NCBI GenBank assembly: GCA_009914755.4
Contig: CP068257.2
Location: 32,064,001-32,128,000, forward strand
DNA length: 64,000 nt
Direction: 5' to 3'
From: the human T2T-CHM13v2.0 reference genome, Homo sapiens
Position 1 is the first letter of the stretch, and every line of letters begins with the position of its first letter. A program made the position numbers and the translations under genes. Of this stretch, positions 48,775 through 64,000 are shown piece after piece. The notes under the pieces are model-generated. The model was not told where the DNA came from and ran no database searches. It saw only the letters and a list, made by a program, of their open reading frames with translations.

Positions 48775-51700
48775 GTAACTACCATATTTCCATAAATTTC
48801 TTAGAATTTTCATTACCAGGGATTCCCCACAGTTATGTTTATTGAGAAAAGCGTTTTTTGAGTATCACGACATTTTCAACTAAATGTTGGGATTGTCGTA
48901 TGTGGTTTAAAGTCAAGTCCCTAGAACCTCATGGTTAAGTTTCTTCTCCTCACCCATGAAAACACTTCTGTAGGACACCTTTAGAGTCTAATTAAGCCAT
49001 TACCTAAAGTCTTCTCCCCTAACCTACTCATTATCCCACACTGGATATTCCTGTTTCTCACCAGAGACCATACTGGGCAGTGGTGTGGGGAACAGGGAGT
49101 GGGCACCTGCCTGACTGATTGATTGGTTTTAGTGTGCATGTTGATGTTGATTTTTATTAATGGGAACTCTTCCCCACCAAACCGTTTTAAATAGTTGCGT
49201 ATCTTTTAAAAAACTACTTAGCAAAAGAAGGAAGTTCACCATTTCATTTTATTTACTTAGTTTCCTTTATAAAACCTGAAAGGTAGTACAAAAATAAAGC
49301 AACCAGAAGCCAGTTTCATTTATGAGCATAGATCCAAAAAAGTCAAAATCTTAGCAAATAGAATTTCACAATGTATGAAAAGAATACACAATGACCAACT
49401 TTATGCCAGAGGTGCAAGATTGGTTCAGAGTCGAAAAATTCTATCAACATTAGTCATTATTTCAGCAGATAAAAGGAAGAAGAAAACTTGTGATCGGATT
49501 GGTAATTACAGATTAGGCACCCGATGAAAAATACAGTAACCATTTCTAATAAGTAGAAAGGAAACTACTTAAATATGTGAGACTACTATCCATGAAAAGA
49601 GTCAAACTCTGTAAAATATTTGAAAAGGTTTATTCCAAGCCGAATATGAGTCACCAATGGCCTGTGACACAGCCCTCAGGAGATCCTGAGACCATTTGCC
49701 CAAGGTGGTTGGTATATAACATGGTTTTATACATTTTAGGGAGACATAAGACATCAATCAATATATGTAAAATGTACACTATTTCGGTCTGGAACAATGG
49801 GACAACTGGAAGCAGAGGCTTCCAGGTCATACGTGGATTCAAGAGTTTTTAATTGGCATTTCATTGAAAGAGTTATTATCCAAAGAGCTGGAATCAATAG
49901 AAGGGAATGTGTGGGTTATCATAAGTGGTTTTGGAGAACAAAGTTTTGTCATGCGGGTGAAGCCTCCCGGTAGTAGACTTCAGAGAAAATAGATGGTAAA
50001 TATTTCTTATCAGACTTTAAGAGCCTCCTTTATCAGTCTTAAGGCCTGTGTTGATGCTAATGCTGGTCAGCTGGGCCTGAATTCCAAAAGGGAGGAGGGT
50101 ATAATGAGGCATGTCTGACTTCCTCTTCCCATCTTGGCTTGAACTAGTTTTTCAGGTTAATTTTGAAATGCCCTTGGCTGAGATGAGGGGTCCATTCAGA
50201 TGGTGGGGGGCTCAAAATTTTGTTTTCAGTTTACATTACTTTCCAGAAATCACTACCAACTGTCATTCTAAACAATGAACTCTATTAAACTATTAGCTCT
50301 AGTAAATCTACTGTTTCATTTAAACTCAGAACTGAGCAAGAACGCATTCAGTAATGTCTTAGAAGGCAGTAAGACCAATAAAAAAGATTGGCCTAAATAT
50401 TGGAAAAGAAAGATAATGCTCATTTTTTTCTAGTTATGTGATTGTATACTTAGTACACCCAAGAGATTTTAGTTTTAAAACATTAATAAGAACTTGTAGG
50501 AGTCTGGTAGGATAGCTAAATACAGCCTAAATAATTTTTTAAAATAAAAAATGTTCTCTGTGCTTGAAATAAGCACCTAAAAATGGAAATGGGGGGAATG
50601 TTTCATCTAAAATCTGGCAAAAATGATAAAATTCTTCAGAATACATTTAGCAAGAAAAGCATATTATATGAAAAAAGTGATACAATTTTATTAAAGGAAA
50701 TAGTATATTTGAACAACCGGAAAGATTGTCTTTTCTTTGGTTGGGTAAACTATTGGTGCAAAAGCAATTGTGGTTTAATCAATTCTCCAAAAATCCCCTT
50801 CTAAGGCAGTTTTTGGATCCCAGTAGGGTTGTTTGTATAACAGATAAAATAATCTAAATGTTCATAGGAAAATAGACACCCATGAATAACCAAGGGGGAA
50901 AAAAAACCTTCCCAGACCTTCCCGGATCACAATATACCAGAGAGCCAGTGTGATCAAATCATTGTAATATTGACCTGGAAATTGTTCAGTCAGAACAGAT
51001 AGTCCAGAAATAGTTCTCACTTCATATGAACATTTGATACATGATAAAAATGTATATTAGTTCAGTGAGAAGAAGAGGGATTGATTAATAAATATTACTG
51101 GGAAAGCTAGGAATCCATGTAGAAGAAATGTGATTGGACCCTGGAATAACTCCCCCACCCCTACCCATAATTATTGGTTTAAGGATTGAAATGAAATAAA
51201 ATAATACAATGTTAGAAAATCAAGGACTAACAACCTTCTAATCATATGATAAAAGAAATATTTTATATACAAAAATTTAGAATTTTTATGCCGTACATAT
51301 ACATAAATCAACAAATAATGAATTTTTAAAAGTCTTTCAGCAGTCAGCAGATAAACAGTTAATTTGTGATACACTATGAGCTCTTATAAACTAACAACAA
51401 AAAGACATGCAATATATAGAAAATTTGGCAAAGGATTTGAATAAGCAGTTCATAGAAGTGCAAATCCAAATGGCCACGAAATACAGAAAAATGATGCTCA
51501 GGTTCACAAGTAGTGAGAAGAATTCAGATTCTGAATTCTTTGCTGAAGGGCCCATGACTACAGGAGAATGGGGAACTCCTATCTGAGGCAAAAAGGTTTC
51601 TGCAACCACAGAGCTTTGTTTCCTGCGTTATGATCCTTATTTTCTAAAATGTGCCAACTTTTACAATCTTGATCACTTTTAGAGATTTTTTTATCTTTGT

Positions 51701-52823
51701 CTTATGCCATACTTTTTATTGTGTTACATGTTTTCTTTCTTTGAGTTAATTCCAGCTATGCAGAATTGTTTTCTGTGTAACTTAATTTTCTTTTGTGAAC
51801 ACTGTCCGGATATGGCTCAGTCTAAAAGATCATGGTATTTTAATTGAACTGTCTTATTTAGATCTTTCAAATACATTTTTCATAATATTGGTTTAAAAAA
51901 ATCCTCATGCTTTTAATATCTGGATTAAAAGAAATAAAATCTGAATAAAACTTTTTTATGCAGAAGAGGTTAAGTCATGAATATGCACAGTTTTGATGAT
52001 ATAATGTAGTTTCCAGTTACAAGGACAAACTTTTGCTTACTTGATCTTAGCCAAAAGGCCGAGAAGCGATTCCTTTTGCTTACTCTTCTTTGAGAAAATA
52101 CTTTACATTAAAGCTCATTACAGTTTGCACTTGGACCGTGTATATTTGAGTACCATTTTCAAATAGCAGACACATTTTGTAAGCTAACTTACAAAATTGT
52201 TGAGTGATATGGGGCATGATTCTAAAGAAAAGTTAGTTTCAAGAGCTTTAGAGGTTTAGTAGCATTATAGTTGAGTAACCCTAGCATAGCATAAGTAGGT
52301 AGCATAGCATACTGTGTCATGTTCCCACATTGAGGTTTGTAGAGCTCTACAAAGAATGCAATCTAAGTATCTCTAGCAATATTAACATTCCGCTTCTAAA
52401 TCTTTTTCTTTTCTAATAGCTTTATTGTGAAAGAATTCACATAATAAAATTTACTCGTTTAAAGTATCTAATTCATTGGTTTTAGTTTATTCACAGAGTT
52501 GTGCGACAGTCACTATTAGCTAATTTTAGAATGTTTTCATCACTTCAGAAAGAAACCCCTTTTGATGTCTAAAGTACAAATCCTCACACTGAGGCTGAAA
52601 ATTACCTGCTAAAGTGGCAGAGTGAAAGATATTTTATGTTTATATAAAACTTGGCCAGTATTTACAGGCTATTCCCCATAGTTTGGTAAACAGTTATGTT
52701 TTCTGTTGTTGTCTCTAGGGGTAAGAGTGCTAATTATTTTGTTTTCGTGTTGGTGGGAGTGGTGGTTTTGGAAAGGTTCTTTTATGGTCACAGTTGTTCT
52801 CAGGCCATGCTGTTGGTTTGCAG

Positions 52824-52984
52824 GGCACTAGCTGACATGAATAATGATGGAAGAATGGATCAAGTGGAGTTTTCCATAGCTATGAAACTTATCAAACTGA
52901 AGCTACAAGGATATCAGCTACCCTCTGCACTTCCCCCTGTCATGAAACAGCAACCAGTTGCTATTTCTAGCGCACCAGCATTTG
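52824..52984 (+). CDS. ITSN1: ITSN1 coding exon: (W)[53 protein letters not shown](G); the Ca-binding EF-hand-like loop DMNNDGRMD of EH1 lies here
   Basis: Acceptor ttggtttgcag|GGCAC. Donor TTTG|gtaagt. 161 nt. The next exon (GMGGIASMPP...) was not found downstream, so it lies beyond the window. Confidence 0.9.
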
Positions 52985-53487
52985 GTAAGTCTGAAAATGA
53001 ATTGGTTTCTGTATTTTCTTGTATATTTTAAAAATAAATGTTTTCCTTTTTTTCCCTCTCGGTTTATAACATTATGAAATTCTAGGAGGTAATTCTGTCT
53101 GAAAAATGATGGCCCCCTGCAGGAAGATAGTGCTGGGGAGAAGAAGGAGCATGTTCACATTTGAACCCTGGGATGTAAAGTAATCAAAATGAAAGCAGAG
53201 ATGCAGGCCGCCAGTCAGGGGAAAAGGAAGAAACTTACAGTCCGCTGCTGCAGCTTCTGGGTTTTTTTTTTTTTTTCTCTTCCATTATCCTTCAGGTTGT
53301 TGCATACTTCCTTTTGATTTTCGGTTTCCATAATGTCTGTTTCTCCTTGTGCATAAACAATTCCTTTGGATTATGGCATCTAGAAATATATATATTTTGA
53401 ATCACAGTACTGAGTCACTTGGCCACATTAAATTCTTTCTTAGAACAAAATGGAATAGAGAAAAAATAAACATTGTTATCCTGATTA

Positions 53488-53784
<297 letters not shown>

Positions 53785-54482
53785 GTGATTCCATAAAAAA
53801 TTATCTTTCAACCAGGTATTTTTCTTATAAGCTAATTGATTAATTAGTTGACTGAGATCAGTAGTTCTGATTTCTGTTCTCATTCTAGACTTTAGGTTAA
53901 TTTGAAGATCACAGTAATAAAATCTAACATCTGATTCATGGGGAGGTTCTTTAACAGTTTAAAACAAAACATGAAAATTGTGGCTAGAGTTTCTTTTCAT
54001 CTCTTCATCCTCAGATAGCTGATGATAGGTGATAAAGTGAAATAGATTTCGGAGGGGGCAGTCAACAGTAATTCAGGGTGTCTCTGATATAATTAATGAT
54101 AAGCTAAGATACAGAAATACTCTGGTTTTACTTACTAGGTTTCCTATTAAAAACAATGTATTGCCTTTCTTTTAGTAAGTTTTAGCCACAAGGCTGGTTT
54201 TTGTAAGGGGAAAGGTTTTGGAAGATTTTTAGGCAAATAGGATAGTGGTCCAAGAAAAGAAAGAAAAATCCATATATGAGCAAAGGCGAGGAAGAGCAGA
54301 AGTGAACACTGCAGCAGCCTCCACATGACTGGGGCCGTTGTTTGTCTTGTCCAGTGTGTGCTCACAATGTTTAGCCTTTAGTTAACCAGCTAATTTAAGT
54401 GGAACTTGCTCTGAATCCCTGAAGATCTCTGTAGCCAATCTTTGGTCAGGACCCAGGCGTTAAAATAATTCAAGGGTGTTTG

Positions 54483-54786
54483 GGGTCGAACACAGTGGCT
54501 CATGCCTGTAATCCTAATGCTTTGGGAGGCCAAAGCAGGAGGATTGCTTGGTCCCAGGTGTTGGAGACCAGCCTGGCAACATAACAAGGCCTCGTTGCTA
54601 CTGAAAATTTAAAAATTAACCAGGCATAGTGGTGGGTGCCTATAGTCCCAGCCACTTGGGAAGCTGAGACAAGAGGATCACTTGAGCACAAGAGGTCAAG
54701 CCTGCAGTGAGCCAAGATCACACTACTGCACCCCAGCCTGGGTGACAAAGTGATACCCTGTCTTAAAAAACAAAAACAAAAAACAA
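54483..54786 (+). mobile_element. Alu (J-like), sense
   Basis: GGGTCGAACACAGTGGCTCATGCCTGTAATCCTAATGC ... cttaaaaaacaaaaacaaaaaac. Confidence 0.85.
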
Positions 54787-55347
54787 CGGTATTTGGTTTT
54801 CTTTTGGCTTTCTTCCAATGCTACAAGAAGAAATCTCATAGTGGAGAAAAGGTCAAATGACTAGAGGCACCCCATTTCTCCTTTTTCTCTCAAACCTGGG
54901 GTCAATAATTTTTCCTGTACCATTTAATTCATTTTCTCTTATTCCATTCTGCCATCAGAATTTCAGTTGTGGAGCTATTGCTGATTTAGTTTCAGGAGGT
55001 TGTGACCTTACTGCTGAGAAAGTTTTACAGTCGTTAAGTAACCTGCTACTGTTAAACCTGCCAGGATTTCTGACCTAATACTCTGCCAGGCAGCCCATCA
55101 CTCTTCCCCCCAGACTTCTCCCTGTCTTTCCTCACCACATTGATGTTCTCAGTAAATGATTTTGATGAGGCTAAACCATGAAGGATATCAGAACATAGGA
55201 GAAGTTACCAGTATATGATCTTGATCAAGTTTACTTAAGTATTTTCTAGTTCTACCTCTCAGCTCAATCTAGGGTAAAATACATATATATATTTTATAGT
55301 TTGTTGAGCCACTTGAGAATAAAATAATTTATTACTATTGTCATTGT

Positions 55348-55652
<305 letters not shown>

Positions 55653-55679
55653 TGCTTTCTAATTAATATTGAAAATTAT

Positions 55680-55988
55680 TGGTTAGGTGTGGTGGCTCAT
55701 ACCTGTAATCTCAGCACTTTGGGAGGCCGAGGTGGGCAGATCGCTTGCGCTCAGGAGTTTGAGACCAACCTGGGCAACATGGCAAAACCCCATCTCTACA
55801 AAAAATACAAAAATTAGCTGGGTATGGTGGTGTGTGCCTGTAGTCCTAACTGCTTGGGAGGCTGAGGCAAGGGGATGGCTTGAGCCCAGGAGGTGGAGGT
55901 TGCAGTGAGCCAAGGGAGATCGTGCCACTGCACTCCAGCCTGGGTGACAGAGCCAGACCCTATCTCAAAAAACAAAACAAAACAAAAA
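55680..55988 (+). mobile_element. Alu, sense
   Basis: TGGTTAGGTGTGGTGGCTCATACCTGTAATCTCAGCAC ... ctcaaaaaacaaaacaaaacaaaaa. Confidence 0.9.
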
Positions 55989-56112
55989 TCTGACTCTGCA
56001 TTTCCTTGCCCTTATATATAGTATGTGCCTTCACATATAATATTTGATCACAATGATAACCCTAAAAAGTATGCAGACTGTATTAGCCCTGTTATATAAA
56101 TGAGGGAACTGA

Positions 56113-56477
<365 letters not shown>

Positions 56478-56533
56478 ATGGCTTTAGGTTTTTTAAAATT
56501 ACCTTCTCCGTGCCTTCATTATCACCAAACTAA

Positions 56534-56873
<340 letters not shown>

Positions 56874-57079
56874 TCAGATATTTTTTAATGTAGTTGTTAA
56901 CACACTATAGAATTAAGGCTCAGACTGGAGTCTGAACAATGATTTTGTTCAACTCCCCTACAGAGAAGAGAGAAAAATGGGGTGCAGTGATACTGTGACT
57001 TGCCTTAGAGCACCCTGAAAATAGAATTTTCTATTGTAGGAAATTCTATGGGTAGACTTGGTACCTTCTTTCACCAGTG

Positions 57080-58450
57080 TGCACTCAGCATAATTCTTTT
57101 GTTCTGGACCCAGCTTATACAGGAGGAGTCTGTTTTTCTTTTGCTTGGTTTTTGTTTTGCCAGAGTACATGGTTTTATTGGATTAAACCAGTGTTTTGTA
57201 AGCCCCTACTGTGTGTCCTAGTTGCTGGGAACATGCTGGCCAGCAAGACCTCATGGCTCCTACCACTGTGGATCTTATTTTCAAATTGTGGGGAGCAAGG
57301 AAATAAATACTTTTAGGTGAGAATAAGTGCAATAAGTTCATTAAAACAGAGTAATAGTAGAGAGACAGAGAGAGAGAAACCAGTAGAACAAGATGGCCAG
57401 GGAAGAATTCTTTGAGCAGATGACTTTTGGAACTGATGTAGATGATGAGAGCCATGTGAAGACCTAGGGGAGAGGCCTTCCAGGCTAAAGGAACTGCACT
57501 GGCAAAAGTCCTAAGGCAAAAACTAGCTTGGGGTTTGGAAGGTGTGCGAGGGGCGTCGTAGCTGAAGCATGGGGAGACCATAAGGAAAAGCAAGCAAACA
57601 ACAGATTAAGCAGAAGAGTGACGTGGTTGATAGACTTATCTGTGTTATCTGAAGACTGGAATGTAGGGGACAAGAATGGAATCCTGGAGATCAGTTAGGA
57701 GGCTTTTGCCACGGGCAAGAGGCAATGGTGATTTATATCTGGTGGTGATAATCAATGTGGAGGACAGATTAGATTCATTCTAGCCTGTATTTTGGGAAAA
57801 AAGTAAAAAGGACTTGTCAGTAGATTGGAAATAAGAAATGAAAAAGGAGTATTAAGGCTTTTCACATGAATAACTAGATGGATGGTATAAGTGTATACTG
57901 AGATGGGGATAACAGGAAGAGGAATGGTTTTAAAGGAGAAATTAAGAGTTTTGGTGATTTTGAGAGTCCTAGTAGATTTCCGAGTTGGGATGTTAAGGAG
58001 ACAGGGATGACTACGTTTGACTGAAGCTCAGAGGAAGGATCGATCAGCTCTGGGGCAGTTTGGATATGGAGAGCATGTCTTAGGGGCAAGCTTAGCTATA
58101 AGGAGTACAGTGTAGACCCAAGCCTTGATGTGATGTGACATTTAAAGGTCAGGCAAAAGAGGAGAAGCCAGAAACTGAGGCTGACAAAAGTGAAATGGCA
58201 GAAGATTGGTGTCCTGCTACCAAGAAAAAGTGTTTCAAGAAGGAGGGAATGCTCCATTGTTTGAGCTGCTTTTGAGAGATGGAGTAAGAATATGGCAGAA
58301 CAGTGCTGATTAGATTTGATGTGATGAGCTTTTGAGTGACCTTGACAAGCAGTTTCAGTATAGTGATAGGGACAAAATCCTGATTGGAGGCTTGGAAGAG
58401 GGGAGAGAATTTCAAGAATTAAGACTTACACAGGAAGAGGTGATGGCAGC
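57080..58450 (+). mobile_element. Ancient interspersed repeat; same unnamed family as 42330..42600, a longer copy
   Basis: ...tgtaagcccctactgtgtgtcctagttgctgggaacatgctggccagcaagacctcatggctcctaccactgtggatcttattttcaaattgtggggagcaaggaaataaatac...gagccatgtgaagacctaggggagaggccttccaggctaaaggaactgcactggcaaaagtcctaaggc...gtgaccttgacaagcagtttcagtatagtgatagggacaaaatcctgattggag... follows a consensus I recognise motif by motif but cannot name without a library search. Confidence 0.45.
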
Positions 58451-58562
58451 CAGAATACGGCTTCTGGTAGATGTATTTATTTAGAAAGTCATTCATTCAG
58501 AAAAGGTAGTCAGTTGTCAAAAGGATGATAGTCTTTTTGCAGTGGCTATTTAAAGCACAGTA

Positions 58563-58676
58563 GGCCAGGCACGGTGGCTCATGCCTGTAATCGCAGCACT
58601 TTGGGAGGCCAAGGCTGGAGGATTGCTTGAGGCTCCTAGTTCAGGACCAGCCTGGGCAACATAGTGAGATCCTATT
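58563..58676 (+). mobile_element. FLAM / Alu left monomer, sense
   Basis: GGCCAGGCACGGTGGCTCATGCCTGTAATCGCAGCACTTTGGGAGGCCAAGGCTGGAGGATTGCTTGAGGCTCCTAGTTCAGGACCAGCCTGGGCAACATAGTGAGATCC. Confidence 0.85.
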
Positions 58677-58694
58677 TATATTTTTTTAATGTAA

Positions 58695-58715
58695 GTAGAT
58701 AGATAGATAGATAGC
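58695..58715. repeat. (GATA)5 tetranucleotide microsatellite
   Basis: gtagatagatagatagatagc. Confidence 0.9.
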
Positions 58716-59390
58716 TAATAAATTTTTCCTTTTCTGTAAAATGGAAAAATTATTATGTAAGAGAAGATTTCTAACAAATTTGGAAGCTTAAAAGATGCTT
58801 TTACCAGTCTGATGATTAAACAGTATTTTTAAACTTGGCCTTTTCCTCAGTGTCTTTTTGAGGTTAGCCTCCTTTTAGGTTAGGGGTCTGCAGCACAGAT
58901 GGGGTACGTGTCTTGAAGGTTAACTGGTTGCGCAGTATGCTGTGTCAAGCCTTTTGAAAGTCTGAATGATGGCTCATGAAAACTTTTGGTTTGTTTCCAT
59001 CTATTTTTATTTGTTGCTTGAGTAGATTGACATTCTTACTTAAGCAAAAACCAGGATTTGGAGTATAATTCAGTATAGTTATCAAAAGAACCAAATTTTT
59101 AAAAAGAAAAACACATTAAAAATATAGTTATCAAATAATCTTAGAAAATTTTGGAATTCTAAAACTGACAAGGTAAACCTGATACATGTTGCTATGTGTG
59201 GATATGTAAAGTTAATCTGATTCCAAATGAGATGTGTGGTAATGTGCTTGATAGTGTGCACGTGAACTGTAAACCAGTCATCTAGATGACTATAATTATA
59301 AACTTACTCAGTAAAGCCCAAGTTAGAATTTTTTTCTTCTCTTTGTTGGATTTTCAGTGTCTATAAACATTGTTTTTAAAAATGAAAATA

Positions 59391-59778
<388 letters not shown>

Positions 59779-59807
59779 TTACTATTAATTCTGTTACCCA
59801 GTGATGA

Positions 59808-60171
<364 letters not shown>

Positions 60172-60179
60172 TAGTAAAA

Positions 60180-62200
<2,021 letters not shown>

Positions 62201-64000
62201 CAGAAGGCGTCTCTCACCACACCCCCCATTCTCTTCATCTATCCATCTATTTGTCTCCTAGTTCTGTTCACTGAAAAGACTAGATACAATCATCTACCCC
62301 AGCAGCACTGAGCATCCTTAGCGTCCAGATTGTGAACTTGAAATATCATTTCTCACCAAAAGAAACCAGAGTTTCTTGGAGAAATGGCTGAATCCAGGTC
62401 TAGATATGAAATGTGAAGAGCTTGAAGGACCCATCTTGTAATACTGGTCAGCAAGGAAGTTATCAAAGCATAGTAGGAGGATATCAGAAATTCTCAGAAG
62501 CCAACCCGAAGAGGCTTACATTGGCCAAAGAGAGGACAGTTTGAACTTCAAGAATGATAATGTGCCATGAATTAAAACTCAATAAATATTTGTAAATTTA
62601 TGACTCAATAATGATTTAATAATGTATTTAACAAGAATAATTTACCTTAAGAAGATCCTAAGAAACCAGTTCATTACCTTGAAAACAGGTAAAGGGAAAG
62701 AATCAGGCATTTATTATGCCTTTTGTATATGAGCTGTACAACTGGATAGCCAACTAGTATATCCTCATTAGAAGCACCTCTTTATAAAATTATTACAGCT
62801 AATAAATGACAAAGACATAGTAGGATTAGAACATCACTATTTTCAACTCCCCATAAATGAATAAATATAGGCGTTAAGCATCAATGACTGCCAAGATCAC
62901 AAAAAGACAGCTACATTTTGTGTGTTTCCTGTAGTCTTGCCAAAGAGATCCACCGTCAGCTTGATCCATTCTTTGGATGTAGCTGCGTATTTGCAGGAAA
63001 TACAGAATATAGAGGGAAATGTTGAACCGCACCATGAGAATGCAATCAGCAAAATCCAGACTGGGAAACTCCACAGGTCACATGGCCTGGGTCTTTCAAC
63101 AGAAAAGAAAATGAAAAGGATGGAGAGGGGACTGTGGATTAAAGGAAACCTAAAAGACATTTCAGCAGTGAGATTTCCGACCATGCCTGAGTTGAGATGA
63201 GCAAATTCTTCCCTCAAGGGCAGAATTGACAGAATAACCATTTCAGTGCTCTGGAAATTAACCAAAGGTATATAACATCTGAGAATCATTTATGCCTGAA
63301 AAGCTGCTGAGCTTCAGATATGAAGCAGAAGTCTGTTGCATTCTTTCCTGGGCATTTTCCTATCCCCCAACACTTCAGCTTGGTAATGTGGAGGGACAGG
63401 TTGTAAATATTAGCAGTCTTAACTGCTGTCACTGAAGGGGGCTTACTTGCTTTGGGAGTGGGAAGTCATGCCTGTGCCCAGCAGCTTTGTCAGTGGAAAT
63501 GACAATTCTGGCCACAGAAGAGCAGGTATGACCAGCCACTCTATTATCCTGAACTCGTGGTCATGGCCAGGGCAAGTATATTCTTGGCTGAGGCTATGCA
63601 CATGTGTCGCGGAGACCAGGGTGGGCCCGAGTCAGCTGCAAACTCCTGACTAGCCCTCAAACTGCATGCACGTATAGAGAATATGCAGAAAGGCCCTGTG
63701 AAATGTTAAAGTTGAGGAAGACTTTAAAATGGTCTGAACTTTGAATGCATTTTTGTGCTGACAGATTGTCAGAGAAAGGAAGCCTTACTGACTTGAGGTG
63801 TTTGAGCACAACTTCCGTCCCATCATTGGCTGACTACTGTGCTACAAAGATGCAGGTGCAATCCGTAAAAAGCCAGGCTTAAAGATAAAAACGAATTTTT
63901 TAAAAACCCAACTGAGCAGAACCATCAGGGGCTGCACAACAAGGGAAGACAGATTTTTCTGAATTAGCCTATGCCGGTTACTAAATAAAGATAGAAACAA

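Noticed and set aside
52696-53031. 111-aa + strand ORF spanning the ITSN1 exon
   Set aside because: Only 52824..52984 is exon (AG acceptor at 52822-52823, GT donor at 52985). The upstream [15 protein letters not shown]... part is intronic read-through with no homology.
57183-57593. 136-aa minus-strand ORF
   Set aside because: Lies inside the ancient interspersed repeat, is low-complexity and leucine/serine-rich with no recognisable domain. Chance ORF.
62880-63700. Unique-looking block with a 92-aa + ORF and a 130-aa minus ORF, CCAAT-like motif (cattggctgact) and GC-richer core; considered as an LTR or exon
   Set aside because: No splice sites in a consistent frame, no TG..CA LTR termini or TSD that I could find, and the ORF translations are not recognisable. 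Left unannotated pending a repeat-library search.

Overview
The window is primate (almost certainly human) genomic DNA and is very Alu-dense: about 60 Alu or FLAM copies in 64 kb, roughly one per kb. A protein-coding gene runs through it on the + strand. Four exons with canonical AG/GT splice sites encode the exact N-terminus of intersectin-1 (ITSN1), from memory of the protein sequence. The exons are 36575..36634 with the ATG at 36607, 38956..39048, 40366..40429 and 52824..52984. Joined, they give MAQFPTPFGG|[31 protein letters not shown]|[21 protein letters not shown]|[54 protein letters not shown], which is the first EH domain. I found no CpG island, promoter or non-coding exon 1, so 1..36574 is most likely the 3' part of ITSN1 intron 1, and 52985..64000 is the start of intron 5. 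Everything else is repeat landscape. It comprises Alu J/S/Y elements, many with intact target-site duplications; several nested or inverted Alu pairs; a five-element same-orientation Alu array; a few old LINE-1 and other ancient repeat fragments; and several (GT)n, (TA)n and (GATA)n microsatellites. The most unusual structure is a roughly 125-bp inverted duplication (18334..18460 and 18847..18967, about 97% identical) whose second copy interrupts an Alu. I saw no evidence of a novel gene or 'system'. The findings below are structural or regulatory curiosities of an ordinary, Alu-rich intronic region. No searches were run; every assignment rests on reading the sequence and on recall of the ITSN1 protein and Alu/L1 consensus sequences.
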